Below, piece by piece: positions 16,047 through 25,990 of a DNA stretch of 64,000 nt. A program made the translations under genes and the position numbers. Under the pieces are notes generated by a model. The model was not told the DNA's origin, did no database searches, and saw only the letters and a program-made list of their open reading frames with translations. The first letter of the stretch is position 1; every line of letters begins with the position of its first letter. Origin of the DNA: an uncultured bacterium (GTDB lineage: Bacteria > Omnitrophota > Gorgyraeia > Zapsychrales > Aceulaceae); assembly GCA_937930175.1 (NCBI GenBank), contig CALGLP010000013.1, forward strand, positions 267,764-331,763. The letters run 5' to 3'.

Positions 16047-17465
16047 ATGAATAAAGGCCAGAGTGCGATTGAATATATTTTATTGGTGACCTGTATCATT
16101 GCGGTCTTGATTGCTTTTCTTGCGCCCAATGGCATTATGTCGCGCACGATTGATTCAGGGATTAACGCGACTGTTGATCAGATTGCTTTGATGACGGCTG
16201 GAACAAATTTCGAGTCTGGGGTTCAGCACGGTCATTGCGGAGACGGTTTATGTGTGCCCCCTGAAACTCTTGTTAATTGTCCACAAGATTGTCTGCCGTC
16301 TACTCCTGTTTGCGGGGATGGTGTTTGCGAGTTTCCTCCGGAAACAATTGCCACGTGTCCTCAGGATTGCAATTCTTCCTCTTTTAACTGTCCGTTTAAA
16401 TATACTCCCGCCGCATGTAATGCGGAATTAGGTTGCCGATGGGTGGTCGACTGTCAAGAATCTTCTGGGATGTGCACGCAATGCAGCTATGGGGTTTGTA
16501 AGCCAAACAGCTGGCAATGTCCATCGGGGTCAACAAGTTCATTTGATCCATGTGCTGATTGTAATCAGACCGCCTGTTGTGGACAGAATTGTTATGCCTG
16601 TCAATATTCAGGGGGATCGTTTTGCGGAAACTATCTCTGCGAATGGCCGCCAGAAAATCCAGATAATTGCCCGGTTGATTGCCAAGCGACACCAGTCTGC
16701 AATAATAATGGAATATGTGAGCCACCCACAGAGACTTGTGCGAATTGCCCGGATGATTGTTGTGTCGATTGCTCAGAAGGAACGCAAGCAAACTGTGGGA
16801 TATCTTCTGGCTTTGAAAATTGCTATAGGTTTATTATGACAGAGTATCAAGGGTTTTGTGTTGATAACTATAAAGGATGTTACGTGGACGGTGCTTCAAC
16901 TGGCTATACGACTTATTGTAGCGGTCAGACATGTCGATGCGTTTTGCAGCCTAGTATGTGCGGGACAGCCTATCCGGATTGTGAAGCATGCAATAATAAT
17001 GGTGTATGTGAATCAGGAGAGACTTGCACGAATTGTCCGGATGATTGCTGTCCTCCCCCACCTGTGTGCAATAATAATGGTGTATGTGAATCAGGAGAGA
17101 CTTGTGCGAATTGCCCGGATGATTGCTGTCCTCCGCCACCTGTGTGCAATAATAATGGTGTATGTGAATCCGGAGAGACTTGCGCGAATTGTCCGGATGA
17201 TTGCTGTCCTCCTGACTGTGCTAGCTACACGAATCCTTCCGCATGTAATGCTTTCAGCAGTTGTCAATGGATCAACCTTCTTTCATGGAATTCAGTGACT
17301 AGCTCTTGCGTTCAGGGTGCAAATTTTTGCAGTTCTTCCAGCAGTTGTCCATCAGGATATCATCCTGGAGGTATTTCGAACCCATGTATTTGTAGCGGGA
17401 TCAACCCAGGCTGTTGCAGCGGAGGTAATTGGACGAATCAATGCCTTGCTTGTACGCAGAATTAA
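16047..17465 (+). CDS. Flp/Tad-type prepilin-like N-terminus (class III signal peptide, G|QSAIEY) fused to a roughly 440-aa cysteine-rich tandem-repeat domain
   Basis: MNKG|QSAIEYILLVTCIIAVLIAF carries the Flp-pilin IEY motif with Glu at +5. The rest is about 20% Cys, with 3-4 tandem units CNNNGVCESGETC(A/T)NCPDDCCPPPPV. Confidence 0.6.
   Translation: MNKGQSAIEYILLVTCIIAVLIAFLAPNGIMSRTIDSGINATVDQIALMTAGTNFESGVQHGHCGDGLCVPPETLVNCPQDCLPSTPVCGDGVCEFPPETIATCPQDCNSSSFNCPFKYTPAACNAELGCRWVVDCQESSGMCTQCSYGVCKPNSWQCPSGSTSSFDPCADCNQTACCGQNCYACQYSGGSFCGNYLCEWPPENPDNCPVDCQATPVCNNNGICEPPTETCANCPDDCCVDCSEGTQANCGISSGFENCYRFIMTEYQGFCVDNYKGCYVDGASTGYTTYCSGQTCRCVLQPSMCGTAYPDCEACNNNGVCESGETCTNCPDDCCPPPPVCNNNGVCESGETCANCPDDCCPPPPVCNNNGVCESGETCANCPDDCCPPDCASYTNPSACNAFSSCQWINLLSWNSVTSSCVQGANFCSSSSSCPSGYHPGGISNPCICSGINPGCCSGGNWTNQCLACTQN
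16990..17222 (+). repeat. 3 x 78-bp in-frame tandem repeat inside the Cys-rich pilin-like gene
   Basis: Units at 16990, 17068 and 17146 are more than 90% identical. An older diverged unit lies near 16693. Confidence 0.8.
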
Positions 17466-17493
17466 TAAAAAAAGGCAAGCTGTGGATGATAAT

Positions 17494-17898
17494 ATGAAAC
17501 TAATAAAACGTTATCTTCTTTGGTGCTATAAAATGACCAGGGAGGAGCTTGAGCGTATTGACCGTAAGTTTACTCAACTGGAAGTTGATGAGTTTGTTTT
17601 GCGCGAGCTTCAGAAGAAGCTTGAGCCTTTAAAGGGTAGCTATCGTGAAGCTTTTGCCAAAAAGGTTGACGACTTTAAAGAGTATATGGCTAAAAAAGAA
17701 CAGAATGCCAAGGCAGAGAAATTCTGCGATGTCGCTGCGAAGCAATTAAATCCACATTATTTTTATTTGACACAGCGTCTTGGCGCGATTGAAAAGGCCA
17801 TTGTTTCTTTTTGTGGGAAGAAAGCGCTTCGCGAGATTCAAAGCTGTTATGATGGGGAAATGACTCGTCGGATTCTTGAGTCAAGAGAGCATACCTAG
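17494..17898 (+). CDS. hypothetical protein
   Basis: 134-aa ORF starting at the ATG after the pilin-like gene stop; no recognisable domain. Confidence 0.4.
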   Translation: MKLIKRYLLWCYKMTREELERIDRKFTQLEVDEFVLRELQKKLEPLKGSYREAFAKKVDDFKEYMAKKEQNAKAEKFCDVAAKQLNPHYFYLTQRLGAIEKAIVSFCGKKALREIQSCYDGEMTRRILESREHT

Positions 17899-17901
17899 AT
17901 T

Positions 17902-18204
17902 TCAGCGCGCGTTATTCATGCGCTGCATATCCTTGATCTGCCGTTTTTGATCTTCCATAAATCTTTTTTGAGCGTCTTGCTGGGATTTGTACGAGGATTG
18001 TTGCGCTTTATAATCGCTGACTTGTTGGCGATAATCGTCCATAGCCTTTTTTCGATCGGCTTCAACTTTTTGGGGCGAGAAGTCGCCGTAATCTACTTTA
18101 ATGGCCATTGCATCACGGCCTCTTTGTTGCAGATAGCTGATGCCCATGCCAAGGCCCCAGATAAAAATAAACGTGCACAGGAAAAAGACAATAAGACCTT
18201 TCAT
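17902..18204 (-). CDS. hypothetical membrane-anchored protein (Gln/Lys-rich C-terminus). The only confident minus-strand gene in the window.
   Basis: 100-aa ORF that exactly fills the gap between + strand genes. N-terminal TM segment. Confidence 0.4.
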   Translation of the reverse strand: MKGLIVFFLCTFIFIWGLGMGISYLQQRGRDAMAIKVDYGDFSPQKVEADRKKAMDDYRQQVSDYKAQQSSYKSQQDAQKRFMEDQKRQIKDMQRMNNAR

Positions 18205-18220
18205 GCTTTAAGTATAAACA

Positions 18221-19210
18221 ATGAAAACGTGGATGGCAATTAAAACTTTATTTGCTGGATCGCTTAAAGCTTGGGGATTGCCTTATTTTTGTTTGACGGA
18301 TAATGGGTTTAACGATAATCTATTGCCTATGGCCAGACAAAAACATCCGCCATTTCTGTTTGAGCTTTTCTGTATTTTGCAAAACGATACTCATGGGCAA
18401 ACCGATATTGCGCGAGAGCTATTGATCAATTCTGGCGTTAAGCCTGAGGACGTCATTGTCGTTGCCAAGGCCGAGACTTTTCGTGTTGTCGTGTATTTTA
18501 ATAATTGCAAAAAGGCTGATCTTGTCCGTGCGCAGGTGAATCAGCATTTAAAAGGCGCCTTTCGCTTTAAAGTCAAAAAAATCAAGAATGAAAACTGGAA
18601 AGTAAAAACAGCAAAGATTTTTTCTGTTTTCGCTCTCACAAACAAGTTTGATATTGTTCCGTCATGGAAACAAAAAAGTTACCGTCGGACTCCGCGCATG
18701 CCGATCATCATTGATTCGATCAATGCGTTTGGAACTGGACTTCATGAAACTACAAGTTTTATGGCCAAGCTCATTGAGCGCAGGGAAGGCCGTTTTCAAA
18801 GTTTTTTAGACATTGGTACGGGAACAGGGCTTTTGGCTATGATTGCTTTGAAGTGTGGCGCACGACATGTGTGGGCCATTGATTTTGATCCAGAGGCGGT
18901 TGTGGCCGCTAAGCAAAATCTGAAGGTTAATGGATACTCGCAGCAGATGGTCCGTCGAGCAGATATCAGATGCTTTCACGCGCCTAAGCGTTTCGATTTT
19001 GTGGCCGCCAATTTGATCACGCGCGATCTCATTAAATATAAACGCCAGATTCTTTCGACGGTAGAGAAAAATGGATTCTTGGCTATTTCGGGGATCATGA
19101 TTGAAAATCTTTCGCTCCTTCGCAAGGCGTTTGGTATTAAGAAATTACGATGTGTCAAGGTGCACAAAGGCGCGCAATGGGTTGCGCTTCTTTATAAGAG
19201 GATTTTATAA
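18221..19210 (+). CDS. prmA: ribosomal protein L11 methyltransferase
   Basis: SAM-binding motif DIGTGTGLLAMIA and GTGLHETT, typical of PrmA. Confidence 0.8.
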   Translation: MKTWMAIKTLFAGSLKAWGLPYFCLTDNGFNDNLLPMARQKHPPFLFELFCILQNDTHGQTDIARELLINSGVKPEDVIVVAKAETFRVVVYFNNCKKADLVRAQVNQHLKGAFRFKVKKIKNENWKVKTAKIFSVFALTNKFDIVPSWKQKSYRRTPRMPIIIDSINAFGTGLHETTSFMAKLIERREGRFQSFLDIGTGTGLLAMIALKCGARHVWAIDFDPEAVVAAKQNLKVNGYSQQMVRRADIRCFHAPKRFDFVAANLITRDLIKYKRQILSTVEKNGFLAISGIMIENLSLLRKAFGIKKLRCVKVHKGAQWVALLYKRIL

Positions 19211-19211
19211 T

Positions 19212-19643
19212 ATGGCTTTCTTTGATGTGACAGCGCATAAAGAACATGAACTTGATGAGCGCATGTTGAAGCTTGGCGTCAAGGAAGGTGATATCGATGA
19301 GACATTTGTGCGTTCTTCGGGTCCAGGAGGCCAGAACGTCAATAAAGTGTCAACGTGTGTTGTCTTGGTTCATCGACCCACGGGGCTCATGGTTAAATGT
19401 CAGCAGTCACGCTTTCAGGGTCTCAACCGTTTTTATGCTAGACGTCTTTTGCTCGATAAGATTGAACAGAGGCAGATAGGCTTTGTGCAGGCCGAGCGCG
19501 ATCGCGTGGAAAAGATCCGACGGCAGAAGCGAAAACGTTCCAAGCGCGCTAAGGAAAAGATGTTGGATAACAAGCACAAGCATTCGGAAAAGAAGAAATT
19601 GCGTGGACGTTTGTCAGAAAAGAGAATGCAGGCGCATTTTTAA
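19212..19643 (+). CDS. arfB: peptidyl-tRNA hydrolase ArfB (class I release-factor-like GGQ protein with a basic C-terminal tail)
   Basis: SSGPGGQNVNKVST GGQ motif; 143 aa; C-terminal tail rich in K and R. Confidence 0.75.
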   Translation: MAFFDVTAHKEHELDERMLKLGVKEGDIDETFVRSSGPGGQNVNKVSTCVVLVHRPTGLMVKCQQSRFQGLNRFYARRLLLDKIEQRQIGFVQAERDRVEKIRRQKRKRSKRAKEKMLDNKHKHSEKKKLRGRLSEKRMQAHF

Positions 19644-19644
19644 T

Positions 19645-20847
19645 ATGATCTCTATTGCGAAAGCCAAAAAACTTATACTTGAAAACACCAGCGTTTTGCC
19701 TGTTGAGTCAAAAGATTTTGAGGCAACCCTTGGCCAGGCTTTAGCCCAAGATGTCGTTGCTGCCACCGATTGGCCACCATTTTCGCGATCGACCATGGAT
19801 GGTTTTGCCCTCAAGATTTCTGATGTTCAATCTTTTAAATCTCAAAAAGCTGTTGCTTTAAATGTAGTCGGCGAATCAAAAGCGGGGCAACCTTTTTTGG
19901 GAAAAATTGGCAAGGGGCAAACCGTTAAAATTAGCACGGGAGCGCTTTTGCCTCAAGGTGCTGATAGTGTTGTTATGAAAGAGTATGTGAAAATCACAGG
20001 AGACAAGGTTGTTGTTCTTGGAAAAGCTTTCAAAGGCGATCATGTTCGCTGGAAGGGTCAAGACGCTAAGAAAAACGAGATACTTATTAGCCAAGGCACG
20101 CAAATCACGCCTGGCATTGTTGCGATTTTGGCGAGTTTTGGCCAACGGAAAATTAGGGTTTTTAAAACACCACGAGTTGGCATTCTGACAACTGGTGATG
20201 AATTGGTGGGCTTGAAGTCAAAACTAAAGCCAGGACAAATCCGTAGCGCCAATGAACATGCTCTTGCGGCTCAGGTTAAGCAGTTGGGTGCCGATCCTTT
20301 TGTTCTTGGCCATGCTAAGGATAATCTTGCTAGTGTTGTAGAAAAAATTCGGCCAGGGCTTGGCTTTGATATTCTTCTTGTTTCTGGAGGCGTATCGGTC
20401 GGGGATCATGACTTTGTGCGCCAAGCTTTAAGAAAGCTTGGCGCCAAAGAGATTTTCTGGAAGGTCGCGGTTAAGCCTGGCAAGCCTTTGGTTTTTGCCA
20501 AAAGAGGGTCTTGTCATGTTTTTGGACTTCCTGGCAATACGGTTGCGAGCACGGTCTCTTTTTTGACCTTTGTGCGCCCGTGCATTCTCAAGATGTCCGG
20601 GCACAAGGCCTATTTACTCAAAACCGCTGAGGCTATCTTGGACCATGATATTTGCGATCAGGATTCACGGGCCAAGATCCTGCGCGGCATTGTTTCTGCA
20701 AAGAAGGGAAGGCGTTGCGTGCGTTTAAGCGCGGATCAAATTTCTGAGAATGTTATGTCCATGGCCCAAGCGAATTGTTTTTGGACCGTGGAGCAGGGTG
20801 TTGATTTTATTCCTAAAGGAAAAAGTATTACGTTTGAATATATTTAA
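19645..20847 (+). CDS. moeA: molybdopterin molybdenumtransferase
   Basis: MoeA N-terminal domain motif PPFSRSTMDGFA and a MoCF-binding domain (GDEL..PGQIRSAN, LLVSGGVSVGDHD). Confidence 0.85.
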   Translation: MISIAKAKKLILENTSVLPVESKDFEATLGQALAQDVVAATDWPPFSRSTMDGFALKISDVQSFKSQKAVALNVVGESKAGQPFLGKIGKGQTVKISTGALLPQGADSVVMKEYVKITGDKVVVLGKAFKGDHVRWKGQDAKKNEILISQGTQITPGIVAILASFGQRKIRVFKTPRVGILTTGDELVGLKSKLKPGQIRSANEHALAAQVKQLGADPFVLGHAKDNLASVVEKIRPGLGFDILLVSGGVSVGDHDFVRQALRKLGAKEIFWKVAVKPGKPLVFAKRGSCHVFGLPGNTVASTVSFLTFVRPCILKMSGHKAYLLKTAEAILDHDICDQDSRAKILRGIVSAKKGRRCVRLSADQISENVMSMAQANCFWTVEQGVDFIPKGKSITFEYI

Positions 20848-20866
20848 ATTGAAAAGGAATGGTGCA

Positions 20867-21316
20867 ATGAGAAAGATTTCGGGGATGGTAGATGTGAGCC
20901 ATAAAAAGGCAACCAAACGTGTTGCGCGAGCAAGATGCCACGTGCTACTGACAAAATCAGTTTTTGTTAAAGTTTTAAAAGAAGGTTCTCCTAAAGGGGA
21001 TATTTTTGAGGCGGCACGAATTGCTGGTATCATGTCTGCTAAAAAGACGCCGGAATTGATTCCGTTGTGCCATCAGATCAAGATTAATAAGGCGCGCATT
21101 GATTTTCAGATCGATCATGAAAATTGTTGTATCATCGTCGAAAGCGAGATCGCGGGTGTTGATCAAACAGGATTTGAAATGGAGGCGCTTGTTGCCGCAG
21201 GCATCGCTGCCTTGACGATTTATGATATGCTCAAATGCTTTGATAAGAAAATCCTTATTTCTCAACTCCATCTTATTTATAAAAGTGGGGGTAAAAGCGG
21301 ATTATTTAAAACATGA
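20867..21316 (+). CDS. moaC: cyclic pyranopterin monophosphate synthase accessory protein
   Basis: MoaC motifs KGD...AARIAGIMSAKKT...IPLCH. Confidence 0.85.
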   Translation: MRKISGMVDVSHKKATKRVARARCHVLLTKSVFVKVLKEGSPKGDIFEAARIAGIMSAKKTPELIPLCHQIKINKARIDFQIDHENCCIIVESEIAGVDQTGFEMEALVAAGIAALTIYDMLKCFDKKILISQLHLIYKSGGKSGLFKT

Positions 21317-22356
21317 GCAACGCATTCTTTAAGATCTCGAGATTTAGAATTTTCTTTATGATTGTCGTGGGCGTTCTTTTTACGTGGAGCTTTTTATATT
21401 CCTTTCTCTCCCATCGTGTCATCAAGTATAGCCAAGCACGCGTTCTTTTGGGGACGCTTGTGCAGATTCATATTTGCGCAGCGCCTCAGGAGAAGCATAC
21501 GGTCTTGCAGGCTTTTGATCAAGCGTGGAAGCGTCTTGAAGAAATCAACACACGGATCAATGTTTATAACGAACAAAGTGATATTGCTGCGATCAACCGT
21601 TCCTATCCTCATCCGATCAAGGTTCATAGGGATGTTTATGAGCTTCTTGCACTGTCCAAAAGATATCACGCCCTGACCCAAGGCGCTTTTGATATTACGA
21701 TTTGGCCGCTTATTGTTTTGTGGAAAGAGGCCCAAACCAAGCAAGCATTACCTTTGCCCGGCGACATCAAGTGGGCTAAGGAGGCTATGGGGGTTGATAA
21801 AATCAAACTTCTTGCGGATCATTATGTCCAGCTCATGCACGCAAGGACAAGAATTGATTTAAGTGCGATTGGCCAAGGTTATGCGGCCGATGAAGCCGCA
21901 GCCATTTTAAGAAAAGAAGGCATGAAGAATTTCTTGATTGATGCTGGCGGGGAAGTCATGGCCCAAGGATTAAATGACAAGGGTCGTCCATGGAGTGTGG
22001 GCGTTAAAGATCCTTTGCAGCCAATGCAGATGATCGATATTATTCCTGTTGCTGATCGTGCTGTTTCAACATCAGGCGATTATGAAAAGTATTATGAAAT
22101 TAACCAGAAAAAATATTCTCACATTATTGACCCGGTTACGGGTTATCCTACCAATAGCGTTGTAAGCGCAACCGTTGTTTGTAGCAATGCGACAGAGGCG
22201 GATGTTTTTTCCACCGTTCTTTGTGTTCTAGGAAAACAGGGTATCAAGCTCCTTGAATCTCTGTCTCCAGGGGTTGCTATGGCTGTGATCGAGCAAAATC
22301 TTGATCAAGCAACGAGTCTCTATCAAAACAACGCCTATCAAGTCATGACTCGCTGA
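21313..22356 (+). CDS. apbE: FAD:protein FMN transferase (ApbE family), with N-terminal TM/signal
   Basis: ApbE signatures AIGQGYAADEAA, IDAGGEV, STSGDYE. Overlaps the moaC stop by 4 nt. Confidence 0.8.
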   Translation: MSNAFFKISRFRIFFMIVVGVLFTWSFLYSFLSHRVIKYSQARVLLGTLVQIHICAAPQEKHTVLQAFDQAWKRLEEINTRINVYNEQSDIAAINRSYPHPIKVHRDVYELLALSKRYHALTQGAFDITIWPLIVLWKEAQTKQALPLPGDIKWAKEAMGVDKIKLLADHYVQLMHARTRIDLSAIGQGYAADEAAAILRKEGMKNFLIDAGGEVMAQGLNDKGRPWSVGVKDPLQPMQMIDIIPVADRAVSTSGDYEKYYEINQKKYSHIIDPVTGYPTNSVVSATVVCSNATEADVFSTVLCVLGKQGIKLLESLSPGVAMAVIEQNLDQATSLYQNNAYQVMTR

Positions 22357-22512
22357 TTCTTAAGGTTTTTAGAAATTTAGGATGATTTTGGGTCGAGATT
22401 TCCTGCTTTGGTCGGCGCGAAAAGACCAATAATCCGTTTGCAAGGGATGGATTTCTGTTATAATAAATTCACCAAAATAATATTTCATTGAACCCAAAAT
22501 TGAGGAGACCCA

Positions 22513-24546
22513 ATGTCTGACCAGAGCCAACAAAAAGAGTTTTCTTTTCATGATTTTGTTGATGGGATTGAGACCTTTGAGGAGAATTACTCTAAGGAAA
22601 TCAATGAAAAAGAATATTTTGGTTTTCCCCTAAAGACGATTTTAGACGCGGAACGCAAGCTGCGTGCCCACAACGTCCCTTCGATCGGTTATTTTTCCAT
22701 GGAGTACGGTATCGCGCCGAGTATTTACAACACGTTCTCGATGAAAAAGCCTTTGTCTGAGAAGAATAAATTTTATAAGCATGAAGTTTTTTCGAATAAT
22801 TGGCTTTGTGATTATATTTTTCGTATTGAAATTAATAAAATGTTAGATATTCCTATCTATAGCGGCGGATTGGGTGTCTTGGCCGGGGATAGCATGAAAA
22901 GCGTGGCCGATCTAGGCATCTCGCTTGCCGCGATCGGTATTTTGTGGAACAAAGGATATTTTAAGCAAAATTTTTGGTATAAACACGGACAAGTCCCTGA
23001 AGAATTGCAATGGGATCCCCATTCTTATCCAGGCTTGATCCCTTTGAAAAATATTGTTACTCTGGGCACTCGGGAAGGGCCTATTTATTTAAGGCTTTGG
23101 AAATATTATGTCTATAGTTTTGATAAAAGCCATGTGGTTCCCCTGATCCTTCTTGATTCCAATCTTCCGCAAAACAAAGAATATTTTCGGCAATTAACAG
23201 GACAGCTCTATCGCAGTGACAATGCTTGGTGGAAAATTATGCAGCGAACGATTCTTGGCATTGGCGGGATGAAGGCGTTAGAGAGCTTAGGATATTCGAC
23301 GAATCGCTATCATTTAAACGAAGGACATGCGGCCTTTGCGATCCTTGAGAAGTATATGAATCTGCAGGATAAGAACAATCTGGATCAGATCCGTAATAAT
23401 TTTATTTTTACCTGTCACACACCGGTGGCTGCGGGGCATGACCGTTTTAGCATCGCGGATGTGAGTAACGTTCTTGAGCCTCATTATGTGCAGGCAGCAG
23501 AGATGTTTGGTAAGGAGAGTCCACAATCGGGAGAGATCAATCTCACCTTTATGGCGCTTAACAATTGCAATAAGGTCAACGCGGTTGCGCAAAAGCATGG
23601 CGAGGTCATGCGTCTTCAGTTCCCAGGCTATGCCGCGAAGATCCAGGCGATCACCAACGGTGTCCACACGTATACGTGGGCGTCAGAAAGCTTCCAGAAG
23701 CTTTTTGAGAAATATAAACCAACTCTTGGGGCTTGGGATGAAGATCCTCAGGCGCTTGAAAATATCCGCAAACTTTCTGGGGACGTTAAGTTTAGAAAAG
23801 AGCTATTTGAAGCGCATCAGGTCAACAAGAGAAATCTTCTAAATATTATTAAGCCTTGGAAGTTTAAAGAAGATGTCTTTACGATTTCGTGGGCACGGCG
23901 TATTGCGAATTATAAACGTCCAGCTCTTATATTGCAGAAGATCGAGCGCTTGATCGAGCTTGCCAGAGAAGTCGGGCCGATTCAGATCATCATGGCCGGC
24001 AAAGCGCATCCCAATGATAATCTCGGAGGAACGCGTCTTGATCAGATCTTTGATCATATTGATAAGCTCAATCATTATAAGGACATTATTAAAGTCCTCG
24101 TCCTTGAGAACTATGATACTTATTTTGGAAAGCTTTTAAGTAATTCTGTGGATGTCTGGTTGAATAATCCCTTGCCGCCCTTTGAGGCTTCTGGAACAAG
24201 TGGCATGAAGGCGATCATCAATGGTGTTTTGCAAATGACGACGCTGGACGGTTGGGTGGTCGAGGCCGAGCAGGATGATATTGGATGGATCTTTGGCTAT
24301 CAGCATCATGGATCTGATATCGGCAGCGAAGCGGATTTGCGCTTGGATGAAGATGCCGATGAACTTTATGATACCCTTGGCACCGCAATGAAGCTATATT
24401 ATGAAACGATCAAGAATGGCCGCATGAATACACAAACAGCTTGGGTTGATAAGATGATCAATTGTGTTGCCCGAAGCGCTTTCTTTAGCACGCAGCGTAT
24501 GGTCGAAGAATACAATACCAAAATGTGGCAGACCACGAGGGCCTAG
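22513..24546 (+). CDS. glgP: alpha-glucan (glycogen) phosphorylase, GT35, short bacterial alpha-glucan phosphorylase type
   Basis: 677 aa, with [15 protein letters not shown] near the N-terminus and [21 protein letters not shown] near the C-terminus. Confidence 0.9.
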   Translation: MSDQSQQKEFSFHDFVDGIETFEENYSKEINEKEYFGFPLKTILDAERKLRAHNVPSIGYFSMEYGIAPSIYNTFSMKKPLSEKNKFYKHEVFSNNWLCDYIFRIEINKMLDIPIYSGGLGVLAGDSMKSVADLGISLAAIGILWNKGYFKQNFWYKHGQVPEELQWDPHSYPGLIPLKNIVTLGTREGPIYLRLWKYYVYSFDKSHVVPLILLDSNLPQNKEYFRQLTGQLYRSDNAWWKIMQRTILGIGGMKALESLGYSTNRYHLNEGHAAFAILEKYMNLQDKNNLDQIRNNFIFTCHTPVAAGHDRFSIADVSNVLEPHYVQAAEMFGKESPQSGEINLTFMALNNCNKVNAVAQKHGEVMRLQFPGYAAKIQAITNGVHTYTWASESFQKLFEKYKPTLGAWDEDPQALENIRKLSGDVKFRKELFEAHQVNKRNLLNIIKPWKFKEDVFTISWARRIANYKRPALILQKIERLIELAREVGPIQIIMAGKAHPNDNLGGTRLDQIFDHIDKLNHYKDIIKVLVLENYDTYFGKLLSNSVDVWLNNPLPPFEASGTSGMKAIINGVLQMTTLDGWVVEAEQDDIGWIFGYQHHGSDIGSEADLRLDEDADELYDTLGTAMKLYYETIKNGRMNTQTAWVDKMINCVARSAFFSTQRMVEEYNTKMWQTTRA

Positions 24547-24560
24547 ATGGAGAGTGGTCG

Positions 24561-25376
24561 ATGAAACAATATCTTGAATTGATCGATGATGTTTTGAAAA
24601 ACGGTGAGCGTAAAAATGACCGTACCGGCACAGGAACCATCGCCATCTTTGGTTGCCAAAAGAAATATGACCTCAGGCAAGGCTTTCCTCTTTTAACTAC
24701 AAAAAAAGTTCTTTTTGACGCTGTTGTCCGCGAGCTTCTCTGGTTTCTTAAGGGATCGACCAATATCAATGATGGGTTAAAGCAATATACACCTATTTGG
24801 AATGCCTGGGCCAACGAGCAAGGCGAGCTTGGCCCTATTTATGGTTATCAATGGCGTAAGTGGGAGAAATTTGTTGTTGATCCCAAAACACAGACTTACA
24901 CCAAGGAGTATGTTGATCAAATTGAGGGCGCGCTGCATTTGATCAAAACAAATCCTGACTCACGACGCATCATTGTGAGCGCGTGGAATGTGGCCGATAT
25001 TGATCGCATGGCCCTTCCTCCATGCCACATGATGTTTCAATTTTATGTTGTGAATGGCCGGCTGGATTGTCAGTTGTATCAACGTTCTGCGGATTTAGCG
25101 CTCGGTGTTCCTTTCAATATCGCGAGCTATGCCTTGCTTATGGCGATGATGGCCCAAGAATGCCGTCTGACGCCGGGTATTTTCACCCATACGATTGGGG
25201 ATGCGCATATTTACCTTAATCACGTTGATGGATTAAAGATGCAGCTTGAACGATCTCCGAAACCTTTGCCTGAGCTTGTTATTGCGCGTAAACCACTCTT
25301 TGATCTAACTTTTGAAGATATTAAGATCATGCATTATCAGCATGATGCATTTATCAAATTTCCTATCGCTGTCTAG
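24561..25376 (+). CDS. thyA: thymidylate synthase
   Basis: DRTGTGT, the catalytic LPPCH and the overall ThyA pattern. Confidence 0.9.
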   Translation: MKQYLELIDDVLKNGERKNDRTGTGTIAIFGCQKKYDLRQGFPLLTTKKVLFDAVVRELLWFLKGSTNINDGLKQYTPIWNAWANEQGELGPIYGYQWRKWEKFVVDPKTQTYTKEYVDQIEGALHLIKTNPDSRRIIVSAWNVADIDRMALPPCHMMFQFYVVNGRLDCQLYQRSADLALGVPFNIASYALLMAMMAQECRLTPGIFTHTIGDAHIYLNHVDGLKMQLERSPKPLPELVIARKPLFDLTFEDIKIMHYQHDAFIKFPIAV

Positions 25377-25387
25377 GTAAGAAAATC

Positions 25388-25918
25388 ATGAAAACATTTG
25401 ACCTTATTGTTGCACTGGATGAAAAAAACGGTATCGGTAAGGAAGGTCGGTTGCCTTGGATTTTGTCGGGCGATATGCAACATTTCAAGTCAGTTACGCT
25501 TGCCACAGCCCTCAAGGGGTTTATGAATGCGGTGGTGATGGGTCGGAAAACATGGGAATCGATTCCTGAGAAGTTTCGCCCTCTTGCTAACCGTCTTAAT
25601 GTGGTTTTAACGAGAAATAAAGATTCTATTTTACCGGCGGGTGTCTTAAGGGCTTCAAGCTTTGCCAAGGCTTTGGAGCTTTTAGGGACGCAGGACAAGA
25701 AAATTGACCATATTTTTATTATTGGCGGGGCGAGCGTTTATCAGGAGGCGATTGTTCATCCTTTTTGCCAAAAGATTTATGTGACCAAGGTCCAAGGGGA
25801 TTTTTCCTGTGATACTTTTTTTCCAGAATTTAAATCAACATTTAAAGAAATAGAGTGTTCGTCAAGCTGTTGTGAGTGTGGCAAAACATATTCTTTTTCT
25901 GTTTACGCACGGGCTTAA
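25388..25918 (+). CDS. folA: dihydrofolate reductase
   Basis: DHFR N-terminus (IVALDEKNGIGKEGRLPW) and GRKTWESIP; adjacent to thyA. Confidence 0.85.
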   Translation: MKTFDLIVALDEKNGIGKEGRLPWILSGDMQHFKSVTLATALKGFMNAVVMGRKTWESIPEKFRPLANRLNVVLTRNKDSILPAGVLRASSFAKALELLGTQDKKIDHIFIIGGASVYQEAIVHPFCQKIYVTKVQGDFSCDTFFPEFKSTFKEIECSSSCCECGKTYSFSVYARA

Positions 25919-25990
25919 GATTTTAGTAAAAATTGTATTTTAAGGATTTTCTAATCTCTATTCCAAGATAAGTTTTTTTAGAAAGGATGT

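Noticed and set aside
16990-17222. Possible CRISPR array, considered because of regular about 78-bp direct repeats
   Set aside because: The repeats are in-frame coding units of a Cys-rich protein. There are no unique spacers, the units are contiguous, and no cas genes are present.
16489-17298. Plus-strand ORFs 16489..16839 and 16858..17298 in another frame of the Cys-rich pilin-like gene
   Set aside because: They are produced by the tandem 78-bp repeats (a repeat read in an alternate frame). The main frame has the signal peptide and consistent Cys periodicity.
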